Shown here: one piece after another, positions 9,846 to 19,327 of the stretch
Position numbering within the stretch: position 1 is the stretch's first letter
Layout: each line of letters opens with the position of its first letter
Source: a virus
Virus record (IMG/VR): IMGVR_UViG_3300032285_004073
Span: 32,001-96,000 of that record
Direction: 5' to 3' (one strand)
DNA length: 64,000 bases
Program-made: the position numbers and the translations under genes
The notes under the pieces: generated by a model
What the model saw: the letters and a program-made list of their open reading frames with translations, nothing else
What the model was told of the DNA's origin: nothing
Databases searched by the model: none

Positions 9846-10865
9846 ATGGCTTTTAATTTTTTCTATATTAATACAGTTACTACTACTACCAAAGGAGTAA
9901 CGGTTTCATATCCAAAAGCAGAACCTAATTCTCTTGGTACTGTATTAGACGTTTTAAATAAATTTCGTTGGAAAAATTCTGGAAGTGTTGCAGAAGTGCC
10001 AAGTTTATTTTTAACAGAATATTCTTTAGATTACGGATCATATTCTGCAAATATAGCTCGTTTATTAGAAGGCGTTTCTCAAGCTGCTGCTGGTTCATTA
10101 GATCCTTATCAAGTTTTATATCAAGCTGATTTAACCGGGTTTCATTATAATTTACCTTATCTAGTTAAACCAGGAACAACATTAAGAGGTTCTATTTCCA
10201 ACAGTTGGAAAGATTCAACTCAAGATATAGGTAACATGGCACAAGATGCTTTCAAAGCAGTTGGAGGGGGAGAAGCATATAAATTGTTAGCAGGTGCAGC
10301 GGAAACGGTTGCTGGTTTTATTGCACCTGGTTATGGAGCAGAACCTGTGCAAGCTTTTAATAATACTAACCCTAACGAGATTACAATTTCATTTCCGCTT
10401 TATAATACGACTAGTATATCAGAAATGATGGATAACTATAGCTTTGTTAGTTTATTGCAGTTTCAAAATTTAAAAACCAGAACAAGTTTCTTATCTTATA
10501 TACCACCAAAAATTTACACAGTCGACGGATTAGCTGATGGTGGTGTTTATATGCCAGCTGCTTATATTAGTAATTTATCTATAGATTCTATAGGGACAAC
10601 CAGATCTTTAAAAGAATTAGGTGGAGTGAGTAGTAATGCTGGAGCTACTTTAATACCAGAAGCTTATAGAGTAACAATCACTCTCAAAGAATTAATACCT
10701 CAAAGCTCTAATATTATGTATGGAGTAATGGGCGGGAAAAAAGTAGAAGTCATATCCGTACCACCTACAGGAGGAGTTTTAGATGTTTTAACACAAAGTC
10801 CACTTAGAGGAGCATTTGTTAATCCTGCAATTATACCTACCGAGACAATAGGACCTGTAAAATAA
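9846..10865 (+). CDS. Baseplate tail-tube cap (gp48-like)
   Basis: LPY..SISNSWKD, ITISFPLYNT, PPKIYTV, YMPAAYISNLSI, IPEAYRVTITLKEL; position after tape measure. Confidence 0.6.
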   Translation: MAFNFFYINTVTTTTKGVTVSYPKAEPNSLGTVLDVLNKFRWKNSGSVAEVPSLFLTEYSLDYGSYSANIARLLEGVSQAAAGSLDPYQVLYQADLTGFHYNLPYLVKPGTTLRGSISNSWKDSTQDIGNMAQDAFKAVGGGEAYKLLAGAAETVAGFIAPGYGAEPVQAFNNTNPNEITISFPLYNTTSISEMMDNYSFVSLLQFQNLKTRTSFLSYIPPKIYTVDGLADGGVYMPAAYISNLSIDSIGTTRSLKELGGVSSNAGATLIPEAYRVTITLKELIPQSSNIMYGVMGGKKVEVISVPPTGGVLDVLTQSPLRGAFVNPAIIPTETIGPVK

Positions 10866-10866
10866 T

Positions 10867-11226
10867 ATGAATAGAAATTCTTTTTCCAATTTACCAAAAA
10901 TTTCTTTATATAGTTATGAAAATTTTTTCAATATCTATACAGATATTTCTACTAATAAAAATTTTTATAATTTGTTGGCTTCTATCAACATATCTCCTTC
11001 TAATAACGAAAAAATACAGACTTCTTATGTTGTTACAGAACCAGACACATGGATTTCTATATCCTATAAATTTTATAATACTATAGATTTGTGGTGGTTA
11101 GTTTGTGCTTATAATCAAATACAAAATCCAACAAAAATGCCAGAACCTGGCACTAAATTAAATTTATTAAAAACTGAATATGTAAGCACTGTATTATCAG
11201 TATTAAATAAACAACTCATTCAATAA
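10867..11226 (+). CDS. Baseplate wedge protein (gp53-like, LysM-like fold)
   Basis: YVVTEPDTWISISYKFYNTIDLWWLVCAYNQIQNP, EPGTKLNLLK. Confidence 0.75.
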   Translation: MNRNSFSNLPKISLYSYENFFNIYTDISTNKNFYNLLASINISPSNNEKIQTSYVVTEPDTWISISYKFYNTIDLWWLVCAYNQIQNPTKMPEPGTKLNLLKTEYVSTVLSVLNKQLIQ

Positions 11227-11626
11227 ATTTTTTTATATCAAAAAAGAATCTTACAGTACTATAATTTCCACTCATTTCTAATATAGAATAACAATAAATT
11301 TGATTTTTTATTTTGAAATAATAAGGATCTGGAAACAAATCATCAAATAATTCTAACTCAAAATATACATCTAAATTTTCGTCTAAGAATTTTATAACTT
11401 CTTCTTCTTTTATATCCTCTAGAACAGATTGATCTAATTCTGCTAATTTATCTTGAAATTTATTCCAAGTACCTTCTTTATTGCTGTGGTTTAAAAGAAA
11501 AATGGGATATTTGTTTTTAAGATTAAATACTTTACTATCAACGGATAAAAAAGAATATTCTTCCGGTGTTTGTTCTAAAACCTTGAGGTATTTGGCGGAG
11601 TTATATCCTTTCTTTTTAGGTTTCAC
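11216..11626 (-). CDS. Hypothetical protein, antisense to the structural cluster
   Basis: The ORF-track start (11743) overlaps the terminase and translates as poly-Ser shadow; GTG at 11626 lies 7 nt after a perfect TATAAATA; 136 aa, acidic/aromatic. Confidence 0.55.
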   Translation of the reverse strand: MKPKKKGYNSAKYLKVLEQTPEEYSFLSVDSKVFNLKNKYPIFLLNHSNKEGTWNKFQDKLAELDQSVLEDIKEEEVIKFLDENLDVYFELELFDDLFPDPYYFKIKNQIYCYSILEMSGNYSTVRFFFDIKKFIE

Positions 11627-11633
11627 CTCTAAA

Positions 11634-11641
11634 TATTTATA
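11634..11641 (-). promoter_or_regulatory. T4 consensus late promoter TATAAATA
   Basis: Exact consensus, 7 nt before GTG 11626. Confidence 0.6.
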
Positions 11642-11645
11642 ATAA

Positions 11646-13532
11646 ATGGCTAGAAGATCAAAAGACGAAGAAGATGATGATGACAATTTAGAAAATCTTT
11701 CTTTAGATGAAATAGAAAATGATGATATATTAGTAGACGGCAAATATTTTCAGGGTAATGAAAATATTCTTCGTCAAAATGCTACGTTTAAATGGACAGA
11801 AGAAATGATAGCAGAGTTAAAACTCTGTACAAAAAGTATTTTACATTTTGCCGAAGCTCACTTTTTTATTACAACGGAAGAAGGCAAACGCCGTATAGAA
11901 TTGTATAAATATCAAAAAAAATTATTAAAAGCCTTTAAAGCAAATAGATTTAATGTAGTATTATCTAGTCGTCAAAGCGGTAAAACAACCACTATTACCA
12001 TATATGCTTTATGGTTAGTATGCTTTCAAAAAGATAAAAGAGTTACAATTGTAGCTAACAAAGAATCTACAGCTAAAGAAATTTTCGCTAGAATTAAAAT
12101 GGCTTATGAACAATTACCAATTTATCTTAAACCAAACGTTAAGTCTTGGAGAAAAGATGGATTTGTTCTTGGTAATGATTCTGCTATAACCGTTAGTACA
12201 ACATCATCTTCCGGTCCTCGTGGTACTACTAGTAATCTTTTGATTATAGATGAAATGGCTCACTGCCCATCAGAATTGATGAAAGAACTTTGGAGATCCG
12301 CTATTCCTATTATTTCTTCCATGAAGAAATCTCAAATTGTGGTTATTAGTACACCTAATGGAACTGATAATAAATTTTATGAGCTTGTAACTGATGCAGA
12401 AAAGAAGGATAGTGAATGGCATTTAGAAAGAGTAGAGTGGACAGATGTTCCTGGAAGAGACGAGGAATGGAAACGCAGAGAAATAGCCATGATGGGATCC
12501 GAGGAAGATTTCTTGCAAGAATATTGCAATATGTTTATTTTGCCTGGTAAGAGTGTAGTAGATACTTCTTATTTAGACGAATTAAAAGCTCAGGCTAAAG
12601 AACCTGTTTTAGTCAATGATGAAGGTGCATATAAAATATATGATTTGCCTAAACCAGGCAATCTTTATATTATAGGTGTAGACGTAGGAGAAGGTATAGG
12701 AAGATCTAATACTGTTGCACAAATTTTAGATGTAACAGATTTACAAAATATAAACCAGGTAGCGGTTTATGCAACTAGTACTATGTCTCCTTTTCTTTTT
12801 GGAACTAAATTAATGAGTATTCTCAATGATTGGGGACGTCCGCCTATTCTTATAGAGAACAACAATAATGGTCAGCAAGTATTAGATGTTCTTTGTCAAA
12901 CTCATCAATACGAAAACGTAGTATCCTACCAATTTGAAGGTAATAGTAAACATTATGATACTTCTAAAAGATTGGGTATACATAATCATACCAATACAAG
13001 ATATAAAGGTATAACAAATTTTAGATATTGGGTAGATAGTTTAAAAGTTGTTAAATTGAATGATTTAGATACTATTTTAGAACTTTATAATTTTATTAGA
13101 TTACCTAATTTCACCTATAGTAAAAGAAGTGATAAAGATTTGGATGACAGAATATTTGGTTTAATTTGGGCCCTTTTTATATTAGACCCTTCTTTAGTAT
13201 CTAGATATTTTGTATTATCAGAATTAGATGATCAAGGAAGGCCACAAAAAATACAAGCCCTGGTAGACAATAGTGATTATATTAAAAAAAGTCCTCTTTT
13301 AATAGGTGGATCTTATACTTTAGAAAAGAATAAGTATTCAACAAATCTACCTACCTTTATGACTTTTAAACAACAAAATAATCCAGCACTGGAAGACGAA
13401 GCAAGAAATTTGTGGGTGTGGTTACATACTCAAGCCGGAACAGAAAAAGACTTACTTAAAAATTCTTTAACAATAGATAATACTAAAGATAAGTCTTCTA
13501 TAGAGGAATATAGACCTATTATATTATTTTAA
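11646..13532 (+). CDS. gp17: Terminase large subunit (T4 gp17-like)
   Basis: Walker A SSRQSGKTT, VANKESTAKEIF, Walker B LIIDEMAH, ISTPNG, QEY, nuclease IIGVDVGEG...IENNN...DDRIFGL. Confidence 0.95.
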   Translation: MARRSKDEEDDDDNLENLSLDEIENDDILVDGKYFQGNENILRQNATFKWTEEMIAELKLCTKSILHFAEAHFFITTEEGKRRIELYKYQKKLLKAFKANRFNVVLSSRQSGKTTTITIYALWLVCFQKDKRVTIVANKESTAKEIFARIKMAYEQLPIYLKPNVKSWRKDGFVLGNDSAITVSTTSSSGPRGTTSNLLIIDEMAHCPSELMKELWRSAIPIISSMKKSQIVVISTPNGTDNKFYELVTDAEKKDSEWHLERVEWTDVPGRDEEWKRREIAMMGSEEDFLQEYCNMFILPGKSVVDTSYLDELKAQAKEPVLVNDEGAYKIYDLPKPGNLYIIGVDVGEGIGRSNTVAQILDVTDLQNINQVAVYATSTMSPFLFGTKLMSILNDWGRPPILIENNNNGQQVLDVLCQTHQYENVVSYQFEGNSKHYDTSKRLGIHNHTNTRYKGITNFRYWVDSLKVVKLNDLDTILELYNFIRLPNFTYSKRSDKDLDDRIFGLIWALFILDPSLVSRYFVLSELDDQGRPQKIQALVDNSDYIKKSPLLIGGSYTLEKNKYSTNLPTFMTFKQQNNPALEDEARNLWVWLHTQAGTEKDLLKNSLTIDNTKDKSSIEEYRPIILF

Positions 13533-13535
13533 TTT

Positions 13536-14135
13536 ATGTTACAGCCCATTTTAAATAGATCTCGTTCTGATAAATTTTTACTAATTTTGGATTTACCACC
13601 AGCATTAAAAGGTAAACAAGACAGTACATTACAGAGCGGTTATAATCCAGATCAAATTCAATTTACAGTTTATGGATCTCCTGTACCTAAAATTACTATA
13701 CCAGAAATAGAAATACCTTTTGGTGGACAATTTATAAAAGTATCTAGTGGATCTAGACCCTCATTCCCATCTTTGGATATCAAATTTTTGATTGACAATG
13801 GATATCAAAATTATTGGACTCTTTGGAATTGGTTAAATCTTTTTAATGATTCTAGAGAAGGCACATCCGATTTAAATGCAAATTTAAATCATCGCGATAA
13901 AAATATTTTTTTAACAAATCCTTTAAGCAAATATACTTCCAATTTTAGCCTTTATGCTTTGGATGAATTTGATAAAAAGATTATTTCTTTTGATTATACT
14001 AATGCCTTTATTACGGGATTGAGCGAAATAAATTATTCCTATCAAGAGCCTTCAGAAATTACCTGTAATGCTACTTTTGTATATAATCAATTACAAGTTA
14101 ATCTCTTGAAAGATGTTAATGTGTCTTCTTGTTAA
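13536..14135 (+). CDS. Tail completion / terminator protein (gp3-like, tube fold)
   Basis: DKFLLIL, VPKITIP, LDIKFLIDNGYQNYWTLWNWL, AFITGLSEINY, CNATFVYNQL. Confidence 0.65.
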   Translation: MLQPILNRSRSDKFLLILDLPPALKGKQDSTLQSGYNPDQIQFTVYGSPVPKITIPEIEIPFGGQFIKVSSGSRPSFPSLDIKFLIDNGYQNYWTLWNWLNLFNDSREGTSDLNANLNHRDKNIFLTNPLSKYTSNFSLYALDEFDKKIISFDYTNAFITGLSEINYSYQEPSEITCNATFVYNQLQVNLLKDVNVSSC

Positions 14136-14137
14136 TT

Positions 14138-15802
14138 ATGGCTGTAGAAAATCCAGATTTTGTTCATCAAATAAATGGTCAATTTTATCATGTACAAATT
14201 TGGCTTCATAATGATTTGGAAGAATACAAACCTTTTTTAATTCATTTTAGTTATATACAAGAATTAATCATAGAAGAATCTTTAGTAGATTGGCCTAGTA
14301 GAGGTTCTATTACTTTAATAAATGACTTTGAGGTGTTTGAGAGAGGTGCTTTGTCTACGAATTCAAAAAATAAAACAAATAATGGAGGTACAGTAAAAGC
14401 TCCGTATGTTTTTAGGACTGATGGACGCAATAAATTAGGTATTAAAATATACCCTATAAAAGGAGATCCTTTTAACACAGGTGTACCAGATATAGGAGAT
14501 GATTTAACACCTGCCTTATGGGAAATAAGTTTAGATGGTGCTATATATGATATTGAAGATTTGCCTACAAAGAATAATCATCAAAAAAAATTACGCAAAT
14601 TATATTTTCACGATGAACGAAATCAAATTTTAAATGAAAGAAATTTAGAATGGTCTACTTCAAAATACGGACCAAACCAAGGTCAGATAGGGACTACAGA
14701 TATTCAAAGAACAATGCCAGCTAATATGGCTATTCAATCTATATTACATGCGGCTGGCTCTAATAGTTCTAATCCCTTGATACCAGATTTGATGGTGGGA
14801 TATGATTATGATGGTTCTATAGATAAACCTAATGTAAAATTTGCAAATATAGATAATAATAATTGGGATACAGGACCCTCTTCTCCTCAAATTGATGATG
14901 GAGGTTGTAATGTTTTTTATACTTCACCTGCTCATCATTGTGCTAATGATGATATAGCATATATGATGAATAACGCTGTAGGACAAGATGGTAGTCCTGT
15001 GTTTTTAAGCTTTGGTAGATGGTCTGGTGATAAAACTTGGAAATTAATTTCTTTAGGCAAATATTTTCAAAAAGCTAGTGAAAATCAAATTGAAAAATTA
15101 ATATTGGAAGACGGTATGGACGGCTCTACAACGCCTCCATATATTGCTAGGGCACCTAATGATGTAGGAACTGATATTAAAAATTTTCAATCTGGTATTG
15201 CTTCTCGTATCAGAAAATATTTCTTTGCACAAATGTCCCCAGAAGATGATGCTAGAATTAAGAATACACCTATATACAATTATAATTTTGCCAATTCTGA
15301 ATTTAACATTATATTTTCCGGAAAAAGTGATAGTATGAATTTGCCTAATAATAACGGAAATACGGCAGAAGGAGTATTTCAGAATTTAAATAATTTAGCT
15401 AAATCTGGATTATATGGATATCAACAGCCAGGTAGTGGGCAAATTCTTTTAAATTTAAATCAAACCAAACAAAAAGGTTTGATGACAACACCGTATTTTG
15501 AACCACAGACATTTTTTCCAAAAATGAAAACTGGTTTACAAATGACTAGTGATAGTATTTTCTTAAATCAGGCTCTACATTTTAGAGCTCCTGGATTAAC
15601 TTTTAGATCGCCTGGAAAATTTGTCTTCGTTGATAGAACTACCTCTAGTGATAATAATCCCTTCGATGATAGATTTTGTGGACAATGGCTTATTCATAAA
15701 GTAACTCATAGATTTACCCAAGTCTCTTATCATACGGATGTAGTTTGTAATAAAATAGATGCCTTTTCTCAAATTTTTAATTCTTTTGGTTTAAAATTTT
15801 AG
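14138..15802 (+). CDS. Baseplate hub protein (gp27/late-control-D-like)
   Basis: C-terminal APGLTFRSPGKFVFV...GQWLIHKVTHRFT is typical of hub proteins; N-terminal IQELIIEESLVDWPSRGSITL; ATG 14138 preferred to TTG 14129. Confidence 0.55.
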   Translation: MAVENPDFVHQINGQFYHVQIWLHNDLEEYKPFLIHFSYIQELIIEESLVDWPSRGSITLINDFEVFERGALSTNSKNKTNNGGTVKAPYVFRTDGRNKLGIKIYPIKGDPFNTGVPDIGDDLTPALWEISLDGAIYDIEDLPTKNNHQKKLRKLYFHDERNQILNERNLEWSTSKYGPNQGQIGTTDIQRTMPANMAIQSILHAAGSNSSNPLIPDLMVGYDYDGSIDKPNVKFANIDNNNWDTGPSSPQIDDGGCNVFYTSPAHHCANDDIAYMMNNAVGQDGSPVFLSFGRWSGDKTWKLISLGKYFQKASENQIEKLILEDGMDGSTTPPYIARAPNDVGTDIKNFQSGIASRIRKYFFAQMSPEDDARIKNTPIYNYNFANSEFNIIFSGKSDSMNLPNNNGNTAEGVFQNLNNLAKSGLYGYQQPGSGQILLNLNQTKQKGLMTTPYFEPQTFFPKMKTGLQMTSDSIFLNQALHFRAPGLTFRSPGKFVFVDRTTSSDNNPFDDRFCGQWLIHKVTHRFTQVSYHTDVVCNKIDAFSQIFNSFGLKF

Positions 15803-15803
15803 T

Positions 15804-16097
15804 ATGCTCAACAAAAATCATCTCCAGGAACATTTAAATAATTTCGCCAGAACTTCTACTTTTCCTAGTAAAGTACAAATGGCTAAAAATTTAGGTCAGA
15901 GTATTGTAAGAAACGTTCAAAGCGTCGCAGCTGGTAATCCATTAAATGTACCAGATTCATTAGCTCAAAATAGATTATCAATCTGTAATGGTTGTGAATT
16001 TTTTGATAAAATATCTCAACGATGTTCTAAATGTGGATGTAAAATGGCTGTCAAGACTTATTTAAAAGCTGAAAAGTGTCCTATAGGTAAGTGGTAA
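15804..16097 (+). CDS. Small Cys-rich protein (DUF6171-like)
   Basis: RLSICNGCEFF..RCSKCGCKMAVKTYLKAEKCPIGKW. Confidence 0.6.
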   Translation: MLNKNHLQEHLNNFARTSTFPSKVQMAKNLGQSIVRNVQSVAAGNPLNVPDSLAQNRLSICNGCEFFDKISQRCSKCGCKMAVKTYLKAEKCPIGKW

Positions 16098-16680
16098 CAT
16101 AAAAATCTGATATTTCATAAGCAATTTTTTGAATTTCTTTTTTATAATCTTTTAAATTTTCATAGTCTGATGTATGAATTATTTTATCTGCCAATCCTTT
16201 AATAATTTTATTATTATTTAATTCAAAATCATTAGCTGGTTTTAATCCTTCTCTTTCAATATAAAATAAAGTTCCCTTTACTTCATCTTTAAGCCACCAA
16301 ACTTCATCTTTAGGATATTCAATATATCTTATATCTGTAATAATAGATATATTATTCTTCATAAATCCTTTATTAGCGTTTAATTTTTCTATAAAATAGC
16401 GTCCTTTTGTAGTGTTTCTCATCAGTCTTCCATATTCTACAAACAAAGGTCTAAGCATTTTTTTCTCTTTGTCGTTGTGTGTATGAACACATAAACCAGT
16501 TTTAGAAAGAATTAAAGGCTGTAGATCTTTTCGTATACAATCACCTGCAATAGAAAATCTTTTTGCTTCTATATTATGTTTTTGTTTAAAAGCCTTTATA
16601 AGAGCTTCACATAAAGAATCTTTACCTGCTCTTGCATGACCAGACAAACCAATGGGAGGGTAAAATACGCTGTTTGCCAT
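16081..16680 (-). CDS. Deoxynucleoside monophosphate kinase (T4 gp1-like)
   Basis: IGLSGHARAGKDS P-loop, RPLFVEYGRLMR, IITDIRY, FYIER. Confidence 0.8.
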   Translation of the reverse strand: MANSVFYPPIGLSGHARAGKDSLCEALIKAFKQKHNIEAKRFSIAGDCIRKDLQPLILSKTGLCVHTHNDKEKKMLRPLFVEYGRLMRNTTKGRYFIEKLNANKGFMKNNISIITDIRYIEYPKDEVWWLKDEVKGTLFYIEREGLKPANDFELNNNKIIKGLADKIIHTSDYENLKDYKKEIQKIAYEISDFYVTTYL

Positions 16681-16704
16681 AAGTTTTTATATAATATTAT
16701 ATTT

Positions 16705-18219
16705 ATGGCGGCTAATCAAGTCACAACTTTTACGTCTAAAACTCCTTTAAGTCAAGTTATTCAATCTACTGGGCAAAGGGGTAATATAACATTTACTTCT
16801 AATATAGATGCAACTAAGGGAATATTGCATAATTTAGAAATTGCTTCAGGTCTATTAATAGACCCCTCAAAGATAACTGCTTTTAGAAAGATTACTATAG
16901 ATGCTTTTAAAATACATGGAGACAGTAATCAATATGCTGCAGAGTTGGATATTTTAGTAAATGGGCAAAAAGCTTTGGGTCATATTTGGGCAATCGATGC
17001 TACAGATCCTTATATAATAGATAATACTCGATACAAGTCTTTTGTAAAGAGGATGTTTGAAAATCATTTTTTAGAAGAATTACAAAAAGTTACTCCAGCT
17101 GGTCAACGAGGAGAATTGGTTACTGGTGGTTTATTGGGTATACATGCTTTATCAATGAACGGTATGGCATCTAATCCTATTACAGGTCCTAATTTACAAA
17201 ATGATAGTTTATTAGGACAACTTTTAAATGATATACACCCTGGCATGGTAGATGGTATAGAAAATTTCTGTAATATTATTCGTACTAGATCCTATCTTAC
17301 TATGCCTCCTTCTTCCTTTGGAAGTTTACAGACATTTCTTCACAAAGTACAAGGCGCTATTAGTAGTTTTATACAATCTCTTTATGATATATATCATGGA
17401 GTTTTATTATATTTGCAAAGAATTGCTATAGTGATTAATGGTCTTTTGACTGCATTAAATCAATGGGTTTATGAATGGATTAATAAAAATATTCCTTTAG
17501 ATTTAATTTGTGCCATTTTAGGTGCTACACAGGCTATATTAGATGACGTTGCTTTCTTTGCACAATTGTTTGCTGGTGGTGATGGTTTGTTTAATGCTAT
17601 AAATTCTGTACAAACTGTAATCAATTATGCTGCTAAAGGTTTAAGTTTCGCATATAATCCTATTTCTATTTTAAATTTAATTCCAGGAGTTAGTGATGTA
17701 TTTGCGGCTTTAAATCAATTAGAATCAGATCCTCAAGCTTTCATGGGGTCTTTAATTTCTCACTTTGGGTTTTCTAAAGGTTTACAAGGAAGAGCTTTTC
17801 AAATAGCCAATGCCATCCTTTTACATTATGGTTTAGAGAGTCAATTAGGCCCGTTAGGTTCTGTGTTATTAAGTGCAGGAGTAGCTGGAAATAGTAGTCA
17901 ATGGTATAGAACAGGTAATACTGGTATTGGTAATTTTGGTAATATGGCTTATGGCAATGTTACGCCTAATCCAACTTATCTTGATCCGGATAACCCATTA
18001 GGTATTTTAGATATAAACAATAATCAATACTTTAATGCAGTGGGTACAGATCTGAGTAAATTTACAAACAATTTAAATGATATACCCGGAGCAGCAGGTG
18101 CAGCTGCCAATGAATTGAAAACTAATGTTGTAAATCTTTTTAATCCCAACGCTCCACAAACAGTTGCACCAGTGACTCCTACTCCAGTTACCGGTAATAC
18201 AGCTGCTACAGCACAATAA
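16705..18219 (+). CDS. Hypothetical virion-associated protein with long amphipathic helices
   Basis: ATG 16705 avoids overlap with the kinase; Gly/Asn-rich; hydrophobic helical core; upstream of the gp5-like genes. Confidence 0.55.
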   Translation: MAANQVTTFTSKTPLSQVIQSTGQRGNITFTSNIDATKGILHNLEIASGLLIDPSKITAFRKITIDAFKIHGDSNQYAAELDILVNGQKALGHIWAIDATDPYIIDNTRYKSFVKRMFENHFLEELQKVTPAGQRGELVTGGLLGIHALSMNGMASNPITGPNLQNDSLLGQLLNDIHPGMVDGIENFCNIIRTRSYLTMPPSSFGSLQTFLHKVQGAISSFIQSLYDIYHGVLLYLQRIAIVINGLLTALNQWVYEWINKNIPLDLICAILGATQAILDDVAFFAQLFAGGDGLFNAINSVQTVINYAAKGLSFAYNPISILNLIPGVSDVFAALNQLESDPQAFMGSLISHFGFSKGLQGRAFQIANAILLHYGLESQLGPLGSVLLSAGVAGNSSQWYRTGNTGIGNFGNMAYGNVTPNPTYLDPDNPLGILDINNNQYFNAVGTDLSKFTNNLNDIPGAAGAAANELKTNVVNLFNPNAPQTVAPVTPTPVTGNTAATAQ

Positions 18220-18225
18220 TCTATC

Positions 18226-19323
18226 ATGGAAAAAGTATACGGAATACATTTAGGACTTGTTATAAGTGATACTCAAGATCCTAATGGTAAAAATGGGTGT
18301 CAAATATTTTTCCCTCATTTATCCAATGCTATGTTATCTCTTTTAAATGAAAAATCAACAGATTTAAAATTTAAAGATCCTAAAGATTTATACAGCAAAG
18401 ATCCTACTTTTATAGACCATTTAAAAACTGTTCTACCTTGGGCTGAATGTGCCGCACCTATATTTGGAGGTTCTAGTGGTCTTTGGAATTCATCTACTTC
18501 CCAAACAGCTATTAATAGTGGATCTACTGTGTCTCCGTATAATAATGCTGATGTCACAAAACAATATCCCAATAGCAGTAATAATATGAATTTGGACGGA
18601 ACCAAACCAGCAACTGCTTCACCAGTTTCTGGCTCATCCAGAACATTAACCGCTACAAAATATAGCTTTGGTCCATCTGTAGGTGGTCCTGATACATCTG
18701 GAAGTGATGATACAAATACAAATAAAGGTATAGGCGCTATAGGAGAACAAAAAATAATTTTAGGTCCGGGAGCTGCCGCGTCTAATGAATATCCTTTGGG
18801 TACGGTTTTATTAAATGCTAGCACTGGTGAAAAAATGGTAGTTGTTGACAGACCACGAAGTGATATAAAAGGTACTGTAGATGTTTGGCAAGATCCTTCA
18901 CTTTACAACAATGCTCCAACAGGACCATCAGATTTCCAAGTAGTGGGAAATGTTGACACCGCAAAATTATCTGATAATGCTAGTTTACAAGCTGCTATAG
19001 CTGATTTGCCTGGTAAAATAGTCGCTGGCGAGAGTGCCTCTTATTGGTTGAATCAAGGTACTGCTGCTATAGCAAGTGCTTCTGGAAGTGGATTTGCCCC
19101 TTCAACGGAATCAAAAAATGCAAAAATGGTTATGATTCCTGATAGATCAAGAGCATTAGCCAAAGCATCTAATATAGGATTGCCAGGATCCCCTGTAGGA
19201 ACCTTTTCCACACCTAATGCTGGTTCTAAAGTTTGGGCGTTCTTTTTAGGAGGAGATGTTCAAAGACCAGTTTATTTCGCTCAAGCAGTCAATAGTAGTG
19301 ATATCGCTGCGTTAAATACTTAA
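18226..19323 (+). CDS. gp5-like spike N-terminal OB-fold protein with inserted 3D/RlpA-like (DPBB) domain
   Basis: OB halves YGIHLGLVISDTQDP..GCQIFFP..PWAECAAP and GTFSTPNAGSKVWAFFLGGDVQRPVYF flank TLTATKY...AAASNEYPLGTVLLNASTGEKMVVVDR...TVDVW. Confidence 0.72.
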   Translation: MEKVYGIHLGLVISDTQDPNGKNGCQIFFPHLSNAMLSLLNEKSTDLKFKDPKDLYSKDPTFIDHLKTVLPWAECAAPIFGGSSGLWNSSTSQTAINSGSTVSPYNNADVTKQYPNSSNNMNLDGTKPATASPVSGSSRTLTATKYSFGPSVGGPDTSGSDDTNTNKGIGAIGEQKIILGPGAAASNEYPLGTVLLNASTGEKMVVVDRPRSDIKGTVDVWQDPSLYNNAPTGPSDFQVVGNVDTAKLSDNASLQAAIADLPGKIVAGESASYWLNQGTAAIASASGSGFAPSTESKNAKMVMIPDRSRALAKASNIGLPGSPVGTFSTPNAGSKVWAFFLGGDVQRPVYFAQAVNSSDIAALNT

Positions 19324-19327
19324 TAAT

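Noticed and set aside
11627-11743. N-terminal poly-Ser extension of the 175 aa ORF
   Set aside because: It is the antisense of the terminase acidic N-terminus; GTG 11626 is the more plausible start
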